Assembly: GCA_023438325.1 (NCBI GenBank)
Contig: JAEXRB010000259.1
Coordinates: 1-39,535 of the forward strand
Source: Pseudomonadota bacterium
Lineage (GTDB): Bacteria > Pseudomonadota > Gammaproteobacteria > Xanthomonadales > Xanthomonadaceae
Length of the DNA stretch: 39,535 nucleotides
Direction of reading: 5' to 3'
This document shows, in pieces, positions 19,282 to 28,100 of the stretch. A model generated the notes under the pieces. The model did no database searches. It worked only from the letters and a program-made list of their open reading frames with translations, and was not told the origin of the DNA. A program made the position numbers and the translations under genes. How positions within the stretch are numbered: the first letter of the stretch is position 1; the number at the start of each line of letters is the position of its first letter.

Positions 19282-21225
19282 TCAACGCCCCGGCATCGCC
19301 AATGCATCCGTCTTGTAAATCGCCACGTGCGGCACACCGTCGACGCCGATCCAGCCGCGGTACATGCCGCCGGTATTGAACGGAAAGGCGATGCTGCCGT
19401 CCGCGCCCAGCGCAATGGCACCGCCATCGCCGCCGGCTTTCGGGATGTCGCGGTTGATCACCGCCTCGGCCGCTCTGGGGATTGAGTGACCCGACAGGCG
19501 CACCCTTGCGCAGATTTCGTGCGCGGCAGCGGCGCGGATGTAGAACTCGCCCCAGCCTGTGCCGGAAACGGCGCAGCGTGCATCGGCCCAGGTGCCGGCA
19601 CCGATGATGGGCGAATCGCCGACGCGGCCATACCGCTTGTTGGTCATGCCGCCGGTCGAGGTGCCCGCGGCGAGCCGCCCTTCAGCGTCCAATGCCAGCG
19701 CCCCGACGGTACCGAAATACGCCTTGCCCGGCAGTTCCATCGGCAGATTCGATGCCTGCGAATTTTTCTCTTCTTCCAGTGCCTTCTGCAACGCACGCCA
19801 GCGCTTCTCGGTGCGGAAATAGGAAGGATCGACCAAGGCGATACCGCGTTCTTTGGCGAACATCTCGGCGCCTTCACCCACCATCATCACGTGCCGGGAG
19901 TGATCCATGATCGCGCGTGCCAGCGTGATCGGATTCTTCACCGTGTGCAGGCCCGCCGCCGCGCCGGCCTTGCCGCTGGCGCCATCCATGAGCGAGGTAT
20001 CCAGCTCGTTGCGGCCATCATGGGTGAACACCGCACCGTGGGCGGCGTTGAACTGCGGCGCATCTTCCAGTACGACGATGCTGGCCGTCACGGCATCGAC
20101 CGACGAACCGCCCGCCTTGAGCGCGGCATGGCCGGCGCGCAGGGCCGCTTCCAGCGCCTTGCGTGCTGCGCTTTCCTCTTCCGGCGCAAGGTCACCCGGT
20201 TCGACACCGGCACCCCCGTGGATGACCAATAACGGCGCATCCAGCGCCACCAATACGCCGTCACGCACGGCGTATCTGCGTTGCGACATCGGCTTTTCGA
20301 CGCGGCCATCAGGCAGATGCAGTACCGAATCGGCGCCGGCCACCACGGTATCCACGCGCTCCAGATTCATCGCCTCGTCTTCAACTTGCTTCCGGGCGAA
20401 GCCTCCTCGCACCACCGTCGCACCTGCGCCCGGAGCCGTGGCGTAAACGCGGCTGCTGCCGTTGCCCTCCACCGCCACGGCGGCATCTTCATCCACCCCC
20501 AGGCCAATCAGTGCCCGACCAGCCAGCACCTCGCTTTTGGCAACGAAAGCGATCAATCGGCCCAGCCGGCTGCGCTCGCTGAAATGGGTATCGGTGATGA
20601 CACCCTTGAGCAATTCCAGATGCAGGAAACCGGTTTCGATGGTGTTGTCATCGCCGAGCGGATCGGCCAGCGCCCTCGGGCTGATCTGGCTGCCGCCATC
20701 CATCGCGCCGTAGAGGTATTCGCCCAGCATCGCCAGGCCGGCACTGGTGCCGCCCAAAGGTTTGCCGGCGCGAACGTGTGCATCCAGCGCTTCGGCCACC
20801 GGCGTGCCACGCCACCAGCGCACGTAGCGCGATTGATCGCCGCCGGCCAGGAAGATGCCGTCGGCACGCTTGAGCGCGGCCAGGATCTTCGCGTCGCCAG
20901 CCTGTTCACGATCCGTGAAGACGAAGGTTTCGACCGACTGGATGCCGCCGACTTCGTTGTAGAACTCCTCGCCGATCTCACCGGCCTGCGACGCGCGCAA
21001 CACCACGATGTGGCCATTGCCGGCCTTGCCCATGAACCAGCGCAAGGCTTCGAAGTTGCGATCACCGCCGCCCATCAGCAGCAGCCCCGGCTGCACTTTG
21101 CCGGGCGTCGTTGCGCTGGTATCACCCAGCAGATAGTGGCCAACATCGGCAGCCAGCGCATTGGCCGCCAGCAACAAACCCATGGTGGCGGCAAGCAGTT
21201 TCGACCAGCCGGTGCATCGCGTCAT
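19282..21225 (-). CDS. Exported fusion of cyanophycinase-like peptidase S51 and isoaspartyl peptidase/L-asparaginase (Ntn hydrolase, IaaA-like)
   Basis: Signal peptide ending ANALA. S51 motifs LMGGG, FLAGGDQ, GGTSAG (Ser), DTHFSERSRLGRL (His and Arg cluster), GVDE (Glu). Ntn motifs IHGGAG, LEDAPQFNA, KNPI, G|TVGALALD (nucleophile Thr), TSTGG, GRVGDSPIIGAG, TGWGE. One continuous ORF with SD GAGGA. Confidence 0.92.
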   Translation of the reverse strand: MTRCTGWSKLLAATMGLLLAANALAADVGHYLLGDTSATTPGKVQPGLLLMGGGDRNFEALRWFMGKAGNGHIVVLRASQAGEIGEEFYNEVGGIQSVETFVFTDREQAGDAKILAALKRADGIFLAGGDQSRYVRWWRGTPVAEALDAHVRAGKPLGGTSAGLAMLGEYLYGAMDGGSQISPRALADPLGDDNTIETGFLHLELLKGVITDTHFSERSRLGRLIAFVAKSEVLAGRALIGLGVDEDAAVAVEGNGSSRVYATAPGAGATVVRGGFARKQVEDEAMNLERVDTVVAGADSVLHLPDGRVEKPMSQRRYAVRDGVLVALDAPLLVIHGGAGVEPGDLAPEEESAARKALEAALRAGHAALKAGGSSVDAVTASIVVLEDAPQFNAAHGAVFTHDGRNELDTSLMDGASGKAGAAAGLHTVKNPITLARAIMDHSRHVMMVGEGAEMFAKERGIALVDPSYFRTEKRWRALQKALEEEKNSQASNLPMELPGKAYFGTVGALALDAEGRLAAGTSTGGMTNKRYGRVGDSPIIGAGTWADARCAVSGTGWGEFYIRAAAAHEICARVRLSGHSIPRAAEAVINRDIPKAGGDGGAIALGADGSIAFPFNTGGMYRGWIGVDGVPHVAIYKTDALAMPGR

Positions 21226-21276
21226 CGTGATTCCTCATCTTTTTGCAAGACATGAACATGTCAGCCCACGCTATCA

Positions 21277-21301
21277 GACGAACGGACGTGTGGTTTCCCC
21301 C
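21277..21301 (-). promoter_or_regulatory. Putative ECF-sigma promoter GGGGGA-N11-CGTTCGTC for the fusion gene
   Basis: Minus strand reads GGGGGA AACCACACGTC CGTTCGTC, ending about 51 nt before the ATG; same motif and spacing as at 22974-22998. Confidence 0.65.
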
Positions 21302-21325
21302 GTCGCCGATGGCTTAATGTGCGGC

Positions 21326-21901
21326 ATGCATTCGACGCTGGACATCTGGTTCATCGAAGAAATCCTTGCCCACGAGGAGGCCTTGCTGCGCTATCTGCAG
21401 CGCCACTGGCCGTGGAAGGAGGAACTCATCGATCTGCGTCAGGAGTTGTACGCGCGTGTCTACGAGGCCGCCGTCAAGGCGCTGCCGGCGCAGCCCAAGG
21501 CGTTCCTGTTCGCCAGCGCACGCCATCTGATGACCGATCGAATCCGGCGCAGCCGGGTGGTGTCGATCGAGCCGATGGGTGATTTCGAGCCTTCGCACGT
21601 CTTGGTGGATGACGTATCACCGGAGCGCTGGTGCGGTGGGCGGCAAGCGCTGCGGCGACTGTCCGATGCCTTCGATCGCTTGCCCGACCGCTGCCGCGAG
21701 GTGGTCTGGCTGCGCCGAGTGGAGGAACTCTCGCAGAAGGAAGTGGCCTTGCGCCTTGGCATCAGCGAAAAAACCGTGGAAAAACACATCGCCAAGGGCA
21801 TGCGTCTGCTCGCCGACGCCATGTCATGCAGTGCTGAACGGGCGCCTGTGCGTGCCGCCACCGATGACAGGAGCGGAAATGGACGACGCCAGATCGACTG
21901 A
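21326..21901 (+). CDS. ECF RNA polymerase sigma factor (FecI-like)
   Basis: Region 2 DLRQELYARV...PKAFLFASARHL; region 4 LPDRCREVVWLRRVEELSQKEVALRLGISEKTVEKHI. Start could be 21317. Confidence 0.92.
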   Translation: MHSTLDIWFIEEILAHEEALLRYLQRHWPWKEELIDLRQELYARVYEAAVKALPAQPKAFLFASARHLMTDRIRRSRVVSIEPMGDFEPSHVLVDDVSPERWCGGRQALRRLSDAFDRLPDRCREVVWLRRVEELSQKEVALRLGISEKTVEKHIAKGMRLLADAMSCSAERAPVRAATDDRSGNGRRQID

Positions 21902-22955
21902 ACTTTCCGACCGACACCGCGACATCGAACAGATCGCGGCTGCATGGCTGGCGCGACGCGATGGCGGCATCTGGGGGCGCGACGACGACGAAGCCCTCAC
22001 GCGCTGGATGGATGCCGATTTTGCCCATCGCGTGGCGTTCCTGCGCTTGCAGGCCTGCTGGCAGGAAAGCGGGCGCTTGCAGGCCTTGGGAGCGGGCTGG
22101 CGCAGCGACGGCCCGCCGCCACGTGGTTACTGGCGCGCTTCGCCGGAAACCCGCCGCGACCAGCTTTTGCAGGCGCTGTCCGGGAAGAAATTTCATTCCG
22201 CCACCGGACGACGCGCCGGCGCCGGCGCCCGCATCGCCATTGCCGGAATGGCGGCGCTCTGCATGCTGGCCGCAGGCTGGGGCTGGCGCACGTATTCGCG
22301 CGTCGATATCGCGTCCTATCTGGCTGCACCGGGCGAAGTCAGCGAGGTCACGCTCGCGGATGGTTCCCACGCCATGCTGGCCAGTGGCAGCAGCATCGAC
22401 ACGCGGTTCTCGCACCGCTGGCGGCGCGTGGCGCTGGAGCGCGGCGAAGCCATCTTCGATGTCGCCAAGGATGCCTCGCGCCCTTTCGTGGTGGCGGCCA
22501 AGGGTCGCCATGTGGTGGCTGTCGGTACCCGTTTCTCGGTGCGGCATGACGATCACGCCCTGCGGGTCGTGGTGACCGAAGGCATGGTGCGGCTGGAAAC
22601 ACCCGCCGGTGCCGGCGATCCACAACCGGTGACGGTGCTGCCCGCCGGCAGCGTCGCCGTGGTACAGGACAACCGCCTGATGCTGCGTACCGTGGCGCTG
22701 GACGATGCCGAGCGCCTGCTCGAGTGGCGCAATGGCCTGCTGGAGTTCCGCGATGCCACGCTGGCGCAAGCCGCTGCCGAGTTCAACCGCCACAACGTGC
22801 GGCAATTGGTGATCGCCGATGCCAGCGCAGGCGCACTCCCGATCAGCGGCACCTTCCGCTGGGACAACGAGGAGGGTTTCGTGCGGCTGCTCGAAGCCGG
22901 CTTCCCGGTGCGCGCGGAAATCGGCGAGCAGCAGATCGTCCTGCACAGCCATTGA
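21879..22955 (+). CDS. FecR-family anti-sigma/transmembrane sensor
   Basis: N-terminal AAAWLAR...W...HR.AF, one TM segment, LADGS, GEAIFDVAKDASRPFVV, AVGTRFSV, VTEGMV, WRNGLLEF, EFNRHN; overlaps the sigma stop; SD AGGAG. Confidence 0.92.
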   Translation: MDDARSTELSDRHRDIEQIAAAWLARRDGGIWGRDDDEALTRWMDADFAHRVAFLRLQACWQESGRLQALGAGWRSDGPPPRGYWRASPETRRDQLLQALSGKKFHSATGRRAGAGARIAIAGMAALCMLAAGWGWRTYSRVDIASYLAAPGEVSEVTLADGSHAMLASGSSIDTRFSHRWRRVALERGEAIFDVAKDASRPFVVAAKGRHVVAVGTRFSVRHDDHALRVVVTEGMVRLETPAGAGDPQPVTVLPAGSVAVVQDNRLMLRTVALDDAERLLEWRNGLLEFRDATLAQAAAEFNRHNVRQLVIADASAGALPISGTFRWDNEEGFVRLLEAGFPVRAEIGEQQIVLHSH

Positions 22956-22973
22956 GGCCGCACGCACGCCACG

Positions 22974-22998
22974 GAGGGATTTTCCGTGATCGTTCGTC
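22974..22998 (+). promoter_or_regulatory. Putative ECF-sigma promoter GAGGGA-N11-CGTTCGTC for the TonB-dependent receptor
   Basis: GAGGGA TTTTCCGTGAT CGTTCGTC ending 50 nt before ATG 23049; matches the copy at 21277-21301. Confidence 0.65.
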
Positions 22999-23048
22999 GT
23001 GATGTGCAACAGTGCCGCTTCGAGCACCTTTGGGGAAACCGATACACC

Positions 23049-26000
23049 ATGGAAACGTCACGCCCGCTGCGCCTCCTGCTGCTGTCCCTGGCCTGCTCCG
23101 CCGCCCTGGCGGCGCAGGCGCAAACCCCGGCCCGCATCGACATTCCGGCCGGCGATCTCGCCGCCGCACTGGATGCCTATGTCCGCCAGACCGGCGCTCA
23201 ACTGGTCTACCGCACCGATCAAGTCAAGGGCGCGCGCAGCCACGGCGCACAAGGCGAGGCCACCTCGCCGCAAACACTCGATACCCTGCTCGAAGGCAGC
23301 GGCTTCCAGGCCCGGCGCGATACCTCGGGCGCAGTGATGATCGTGCCGCAGGCCGCCGCGCCCGCGCCGACCACACGCGCCACGCCAACGGCAAGCAAGA
23401 GCAGCGAAGACGACACCCCGGTCATCGACCTCCAGACCGTGCAAGTGACCGGCTCACGCATTCCGCGCGCGCAGATCGAAGGCCCGGCACCGATCACCGT
23501 GCTCAGCGCCGCCCAGATCCAGGCATCGGGCTTCACCTCGGTGCCGGAAGTGCTTTCCTCGCTCAGCCAGAACAGCGGCACCGTGCAAGGCCAGCAGAAC
23601 ACCACCAGCGCGCAATCCACACCCGGCGCACAGGCCGTCGATTTGCGCGGCCTCGGCCCCAATCACACCCTGGTGCTGATCAACGGCCGCCGCATTGCCG
23701 ACTTCCCGCTGCCGCTCAATGGCCGCAGCAATTTCACCGACATCGGCAACATCCCGCTCGGCATGATCGATCGAGTCGAAGTGCTCACCGGCAGCGCCTC
23801 GGCCGTGTACGGCTCCGATGCGATGGCCGGCGTGATCAACTTCATCCTCAAGAAATCGCTCGACGGCACGATCATCGACTATCGCTACGGCGATACCGAA
23901 GCAGGCGGTGGTGAATCCCATCGCCTGACCGTGACCACCGGCTTCGAGCGCGGCGACTTCAGCGGCATCGTCGGCGTGGAACTGCTCGACAAGCGTCCGC
24001 TCTGGGGTTTCGAGCGCGACATCCAGGATTCCACCCTCGACGCGCCCACCAGCCGGCGCCGCCTGCCGCGCCTGACCGCGCAGATCCTCAACTGGGAAGA
24101 CGACACCAACATTGCACCCGCCGATGATTGCGCCGCCATGTCCGGCCTCAACGAAGGCACCACCGGGCTGCATCTGGATCGCTTCGGCGAGCCCTACTGC
24201 GGCGGCGAGCGCGCCATCGCCTATCGCACCATCACCAACGAGCGCAAAGGCGGCAACGTCTACGGTGCGTTCGAATACCGCATTTCCGACGCGCTGGCGT
24301 GGTTCGCCGACGCGCAGCTGGGTCGCCAGACCGTTCGCCTGCTGACCGGCACCAACGGCAACGACGTGGCCAGCGATCACATGGGCTGGGAGTTCCATGA
24401 TCCCGCCTCGCGCAACAACTACCGCGACAAGGTGTTCTACAACGCCAACACCGACCAGCGCGAAATCTGGTCGCGCCAGTTCACGCCCGAAGAAATGGGC
24501 GGTCTGCGCAACCGCATGAACAGCACCACCCAGAAAACCGCCGCGATCACCACCGGCCTCAAGGGCTATCTGGGCGAAGACTGGAACTGGGAGGCGGCCT
24601 ACAACCACTCGCAGTACCGCGCCGAGGTGGAGATGCCGCGCATCAAGGCCGATGCCGCCAACCGCCTGTTCCTGGGCGAATTGCTCGGCTACACCAGCAG
24701 CGGCTATGCGATCTACGCACCCGATCCCGAGCGCCTTTACACCCCGCTGACACCCGCCGAGTTCGCCTCCATCGCCGTGATGTCCACGTTCCGCCCCAAG
24801 GCCAGCAACAACAATCTGAGTTTCACTGTCGATACCGGATCGCTGTTCTCGATGCCGGCCGGTGATGCCGGTTTCGCCGGCGCGGTCGAATACGGCGAGC
24901 AGTCCTATCGCATCAATCCCGACCCGCTGGCGCTGACCGAAGATGCCTACTTCGGACCGCGCTACGGCGATGGCAGCGGCGACCGCGACCGCTGGAGCGC
25001 AGCAGGCGAGCTGCGCTTGCCGCTGGCTTCCAGCTTGCAGGCCAGCGTCGCAGGTCGCTATGACCGCTACAGCTACGGCAATGCCGATCCGGGCAAGTTC
25101 ACCTACAGTCTCGGTCTGGAATGGCGCCCGCACGACACGCTGCTGCTGCGCAGCTCCTACGGCACCGGCTTTCGCGCGCCCGACATGCACTACCTGTTCG
25201 CCGGCAACGATTACTACCGCACCCGCTACGCCACCGATTACTACGACTGCCGCACCGCCGAGCCGGGCGCCACCGATGCCTACTGCTACGACGACGGCGG
25301 CTACGACGTGAGTACCTTCGACGTCTACAGCGGCAATCTCGGCCTGGACGTGGAAACCAGCACCTCGTTCTCCGCCGGCCTTGTCTGGTCGCCGCTGGAT
25401 GGCCTCGATCTGGCAATGGATTACTACAAGATCCGCGTCAAGGATCAGGTCCAGACACAGGATCGCGAACGCCTGCGTCGCGACGAAGCCAGTTGCCGCC
25501 TCGGCGTCACCGATGAAGGCACGCCGGTGGACATCAACTCGGCCACCTGTCAGGACGCCATCGCCCGCGTCATCCGTGATGAAGATGGCGCCATCACCAG
25601 CGTCCACTTCAGCCCGATCAACATCGCCAACGAAGAAACCTCGGGCATCGACGTTTCAGCCAATTACCGCATGGAAACCGACAGCGCCGGCGACTTCCGT
25701 TTCACCGGCAGCTACACCTGGGTGCATCGCCACACCAGCCAGCAATATCCCGGCGATCCGGAACAGGACATGCTGCACTACGAAACCTACAGCCCCGCCC
25801 TGCCACGCCGCAAAGGCAATCTCGGGGTGAACTGGAACAAGGGCATGTGGGGCGCCAGCCTGTTCGGCAGCTATCTGGGCCGCGTGCCCAACTATGCCGA
25901 CGACGCCTGGATGCCGGCCACCTGGCGCTTCAACGCCGGCGCGCGCTACGACATCAACGATCACCTGCGCGTATCGCTGTCGATCAACAACCTGTTCGAC

Positions 26001-26123
26001 AAGATGCCGCCGGAAGATGCCACTTGGGCGAACTATCCTTACTACGACACCGCCTGGTTCGACAGCGTGGGGCGCAGCTACTTCGTGCAGCTCACCTGGA
26101 AACTCGGCGGCGAGCCGCTCTGA
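23049..26123 (+). CDS. TonB-dependent transducer (outer-membrane receptor with N-terminal STN signalling domain)
   Basis: Signal peptide; STN IDIPAGDLAAAL...LLEGSG; TonB box TVQVTGSRI; plug DLRGLGPNHTLVLINGRR, IDRVEVLTGSASAVYGSDAMAGVINFI; barrel end NNLFDK...GRSYFVQLTWKL. Confidence 0.95.
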   Translation: METSRPLRLLLLSLACSAALAAQAQTPARIDIPAGDLAAALDAYVRQTGAQLVYRTDQVKGARSHGAQGEATSPQTLDTLLEGSGFQARRDTSGAVMIVPQAAAPAPTTRATPTASKSSEDDTPVIDLQTVQVTGSRIPRAQIEGPAPITVLSAAQIQASGFTSVPEVLSSLSQNSGTVQGQQNTTSAQSTPGAQAVDLRGLGPNHTLVLINGRRIADFPLPLNGRSNFTDIGNIPLGMIDRVEVLTGSASAVYGSDAMAGVINFILKKSLDGTIIDYRYGDTEAGGGESHRLTVTTGFERGDFSGIVGVELLDKRPLWGFERDIQDSTLDAPTSRRRLPRLTAQILNWEDDTNIAPADDCAAMSGLNEGTTGLHLDRFGEPYCGGERAIAYRTITNERKGGNVYGAFEYRISDALAWFADAQLGRQTVRLLTGTNGNDVASDHMGWEFHDPASRNNYRDKVFYNANTDQREIWSRQFTPEEMGGLRNRMNSTTQKTAAITTGLKGYLGEDWNWEAAYNHSQYRAEVEMPRIKADAANRLFLGELLGYTSSGYAIYAPDPERLYTPLTPAEFASIAVMSTFRPKASNNNLSFTVDTGSLFSMPAGDAGFAGAVEYGEQSYRINPDPLALTEDAYFGPRYGDGSGDRDRWSAAGELRLPLASSLQASVAGRYDRYSYGNADPGKFTYSLGLEWRPHDTLLLRSSYGTGFRAPDMHYLFAGNDYYRTRYATDYYDCRTAEPGATDAYCYDDGGYDVSTFDVYSGNLGLDVETSTSFSAGLVWSPLDGLDLAMDYYKIRVKDQVQTQDRERLRRDEASCRLGVTDEGTPVDINSATCQDAIARVIRDEDGAITSVHFSPINIANEETSGIDVSANYRMETDSAGDFRFTGSYTWVHRHTSQQYPGDPEQDMLHYETYSPALPRRKGNLGVNWNKGMWGASLFGSYLGRVPNYADDAWMPATWRFNAGARYDINDHLRVSLSINNLFDKMPPEDATWANYPYYDTAWFDSVGRSYFVQLTWKLGGEPL

Positions 26124-26147
26124 GCCACGCTGCGGCTTCCCGGCACG

Positions 26148-26176
26148 AAAAAGCCCCGGAAATACCGGGGCTTTTT
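26148..26176. terminator. Bidirectional rho-independent terminator
   Basis: AAAAAGCCCCGG-aaata-CCGGGGCTTTTT between the convergent receptor and VWA genes. Confidence 0.9.
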
Positions 26177-26231
26177 GTTTTCCCGCATCAGGACAGGCGC
26201 AATGGGCCATCGCGATGCCGCATCATCTGGC

Positions 26232-27965
26232 CTACTGCACCACGATCGCCTGCTCCGCCAACACGCTGGAGGATTCACCGTTCCAGTAGCGCAAGCGATA
26301 CTGGCCCGGCACGTCCGGTGCCTTCAGCGTGACTTCGTTCTGCCCGAAGCCGCGATCCTGATTCAGGCGTTGACGGCGCAATACATCGGTTCCCGCCGAA
26401 TCGACGATCTGCACGTCGTCGCGCACCGCACCCGGCCCTTGCCAGCGCACGAGGACGGCGCTTCCGGCAGCAACCTGCGCCGGGGCAGCCAGCGCCACGG
26501 GAATCGCGACCACGGTGATGTCGCGCGTGGCCAGTGCGCGACGGTCGGTGCCGCTGTAGTAACGCAACTGGTATTGGCCGGGTACGGCGGGCGCGGTGAG
26601 CGTGACCTCGTGACGGTCGAAGCCACGATCCTGATTCAGGCGCTGACGCCGCAGTTGTTTGTTGTCTGCCGGATCAACGATCTCCACGTCGTCGCGCACC
26701 GCACCCGGCCCCTGCCAGCGCACGACAAAAGGCCGCGCCATGTCCACCTGTGACGGGGCATCGAGCGCCACCTGCATCGGCACGATCTCGATGTCGCGCT
26801 GCGCCAGCACGGCCTCGTTTTCTCCATTCCAGTAGCGCAGGAGGTAACGCCCCGGCTCGGCCGGCGCCAACAAGGTGACGGTGCGTGCATCGAAGCCCTT
26901 GTCCTGATTGAGCCGCTGGCGGCGCAGGATCGTGCCGCTGGCAGCGTCGAAGAGCTGCACGTCATCGCGCACCGCGCCGGGGCCGTTCCATTGGATCGTG
27001 ATGGGCGTGCCGATGGGAGCCTGTGCGGGAGCCTCCAGCGCGGTTTCCGCGGGCACCAATTGGATCGGCACACGCGCCAGCACGCGGGCACGTTCACCGT
27101 GCCAGTAGCGCAGTTCGTACTGCCCCGGCTCGGCTGCCATCGTCAGGCTGACGCTGTGCGCACTGAAACCGCGATCCTGATTCAAGCGCTGGCGTCGAAC
27201 CACGCGGCCCTCGCCGTTGGCCGCAGCGGGGTCGAACAACTGCACGTCATCGCGCAATCCGCCCGGCCCCTGCCACTGCATCGTGAGGACACTGGAGACG
27301 GCTGCACTCTGCGGCGCGACAAGACCGGCTTCAGGCAGCGGCGGCAGTGCCGGCTCTTCCACCATCGTCTGCGTCAGCGCGGCCCCCAGCGCCGCCATGT
27401 CGTCGGCCTGCAGGTAGCGGCCGCCGGTGTTCTCGGCCAGACAGGCCACTTGCCGGCCTTCTTCGGCACTGAGGCCGAAACCCACGACATGCGCGGTGAA
27501 ATCCGTGCCGCTCATCGCCAGCTCTTCGCCCAGCGCGCACGGATCCGCATTGCAGGTTTCCACGCCATCGGTAATGAGGATCACGCGTGCGGCCTGCTCG
27601 GTATAGCGCAGCGCCTGCGCGGCCTGCCGCACCGATTCTGTCAGCGGCGTCATGCCGAGGAATTTCATCTCGGCCACCGCGCGGTTGATGGTCGCCGCGC
27701 TGCCAGGCGCAGGGGGCACGACCAATTCGATATCACCGCAATCCCCCTTGCGCCGGTGGCCGTAAGCCATCAGGCCGATGCTGCTGTCCGCAGGCATCGC
27801 AGCCAACGTCTGGGCCAGGGTATCGCGGGCGATTTCGAGTTTGGCGCGACCCTCGATCTGGCCCCACATCGAGCCGGAAGCATCCAGCACGATGAGCGTC
27901 TGCTCGGCGGCAGCCGCTCCCCCGGCGGTCATGGCCAAGATGGCTCCAAGGGCAATTCGCATCAT
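26232..27965 (-). CDS. Secreted VWA (MIDAS) domain protein with four C-terminal ~91-aa beta-rich repeats
   Basis: Signal peptide; VLDASGSM (DxSxS), GMTPL, LITDGVETC, VVGFG, TGGRY; four repeats containing WQGPG.RDDV, RRQRLNQDRGF and PGQY.LRY; SD GAGGA. Confidence 0.9.
   Translation of the reverse strand: MMRIALGAILAMTAGGAAAAEQTLIVLDASGSMWGQIEGRAKLEIARDTLAQTLAAMPADSSIGLMAYGHRRKGDCGDIELVVPPAPGSAATINRAVAEMKFLGMTPLTESVRQAAQALRYTEQAARVILITDGVETCNADPCALGEELAMSGTDFTAHVVGFGLSAEEGRQVACLAENTGGRYLQADDMAALGAALTQTMVEEPALPPLPEAGLVAPQSAAVSSVLTMQWQGPGGLRDDVQLFDPAAANGEGRVVRRQRLNQDRGFSAHSVSLTMAAEPGQYELRYWHGERARVLARVPIQLVPAETALEAPAQAPIGTPITIQWNGPGAVRDDVQLFDAASGTILRRQRLNQDKGFDARTVTLLAPAEPGRYLLRYWNGENEAVLAQRDIEIVPMQVALDAPSQVDMARPFVVRWQGPGAVRDDVEIVDPADNKQLRRQRLNQDRGFDRHEVTLTAPAVPGQYQLRYYSGTDRRALATRDITVVAIPVALAAPAQVAAGSAVLVRWQGPGAVRDDVQIVDSAGTDVLRRQRLNQDRGFGQNEVTLKAPDVPGQYRLRYWNGESSSVLAEQAIVVQ
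26240..27330 (-). repeat. Four tandem intragenic repeats of about 273 bp (91 aa)
   Basis: A tcctgatt(c/g)a core recurs near 26355, 26628, 26902 and 27175; the protein repeats align by eye. Confidence 0.85.
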
Positions 27966-28100
27966 GTCCAGTTCCTCTGATTGACGTGTGGTGCCAGCAG
28001 ATACGGAACAGTGCCCGAAAAGACGCCACGCATTGCGTGCCTGTGCGCACTTCGTCCCGCAACGCTATGGCAGGATAGCGTTTCACGGACAGGGGCCACG

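Noticed and set aside
21226..21325. Fur box controlling the FecIR-like cassette
   Set aside because: No convincing match to the GATAATGATAATCATTATC consensus.
23454..25607. 717-aa minus-strand ORF
   Set aside because: Antisense shadow of the TonB receptor; no domain signal.
26240..27330. Regularly spaced DNA repeats as CRISPR array or diversity-generating retroelement repeats
   Set aside because: Period is about 273 bp, in frame within one CDS, degenerate at synonymous sites; no cas or reverse transcriptase gene.
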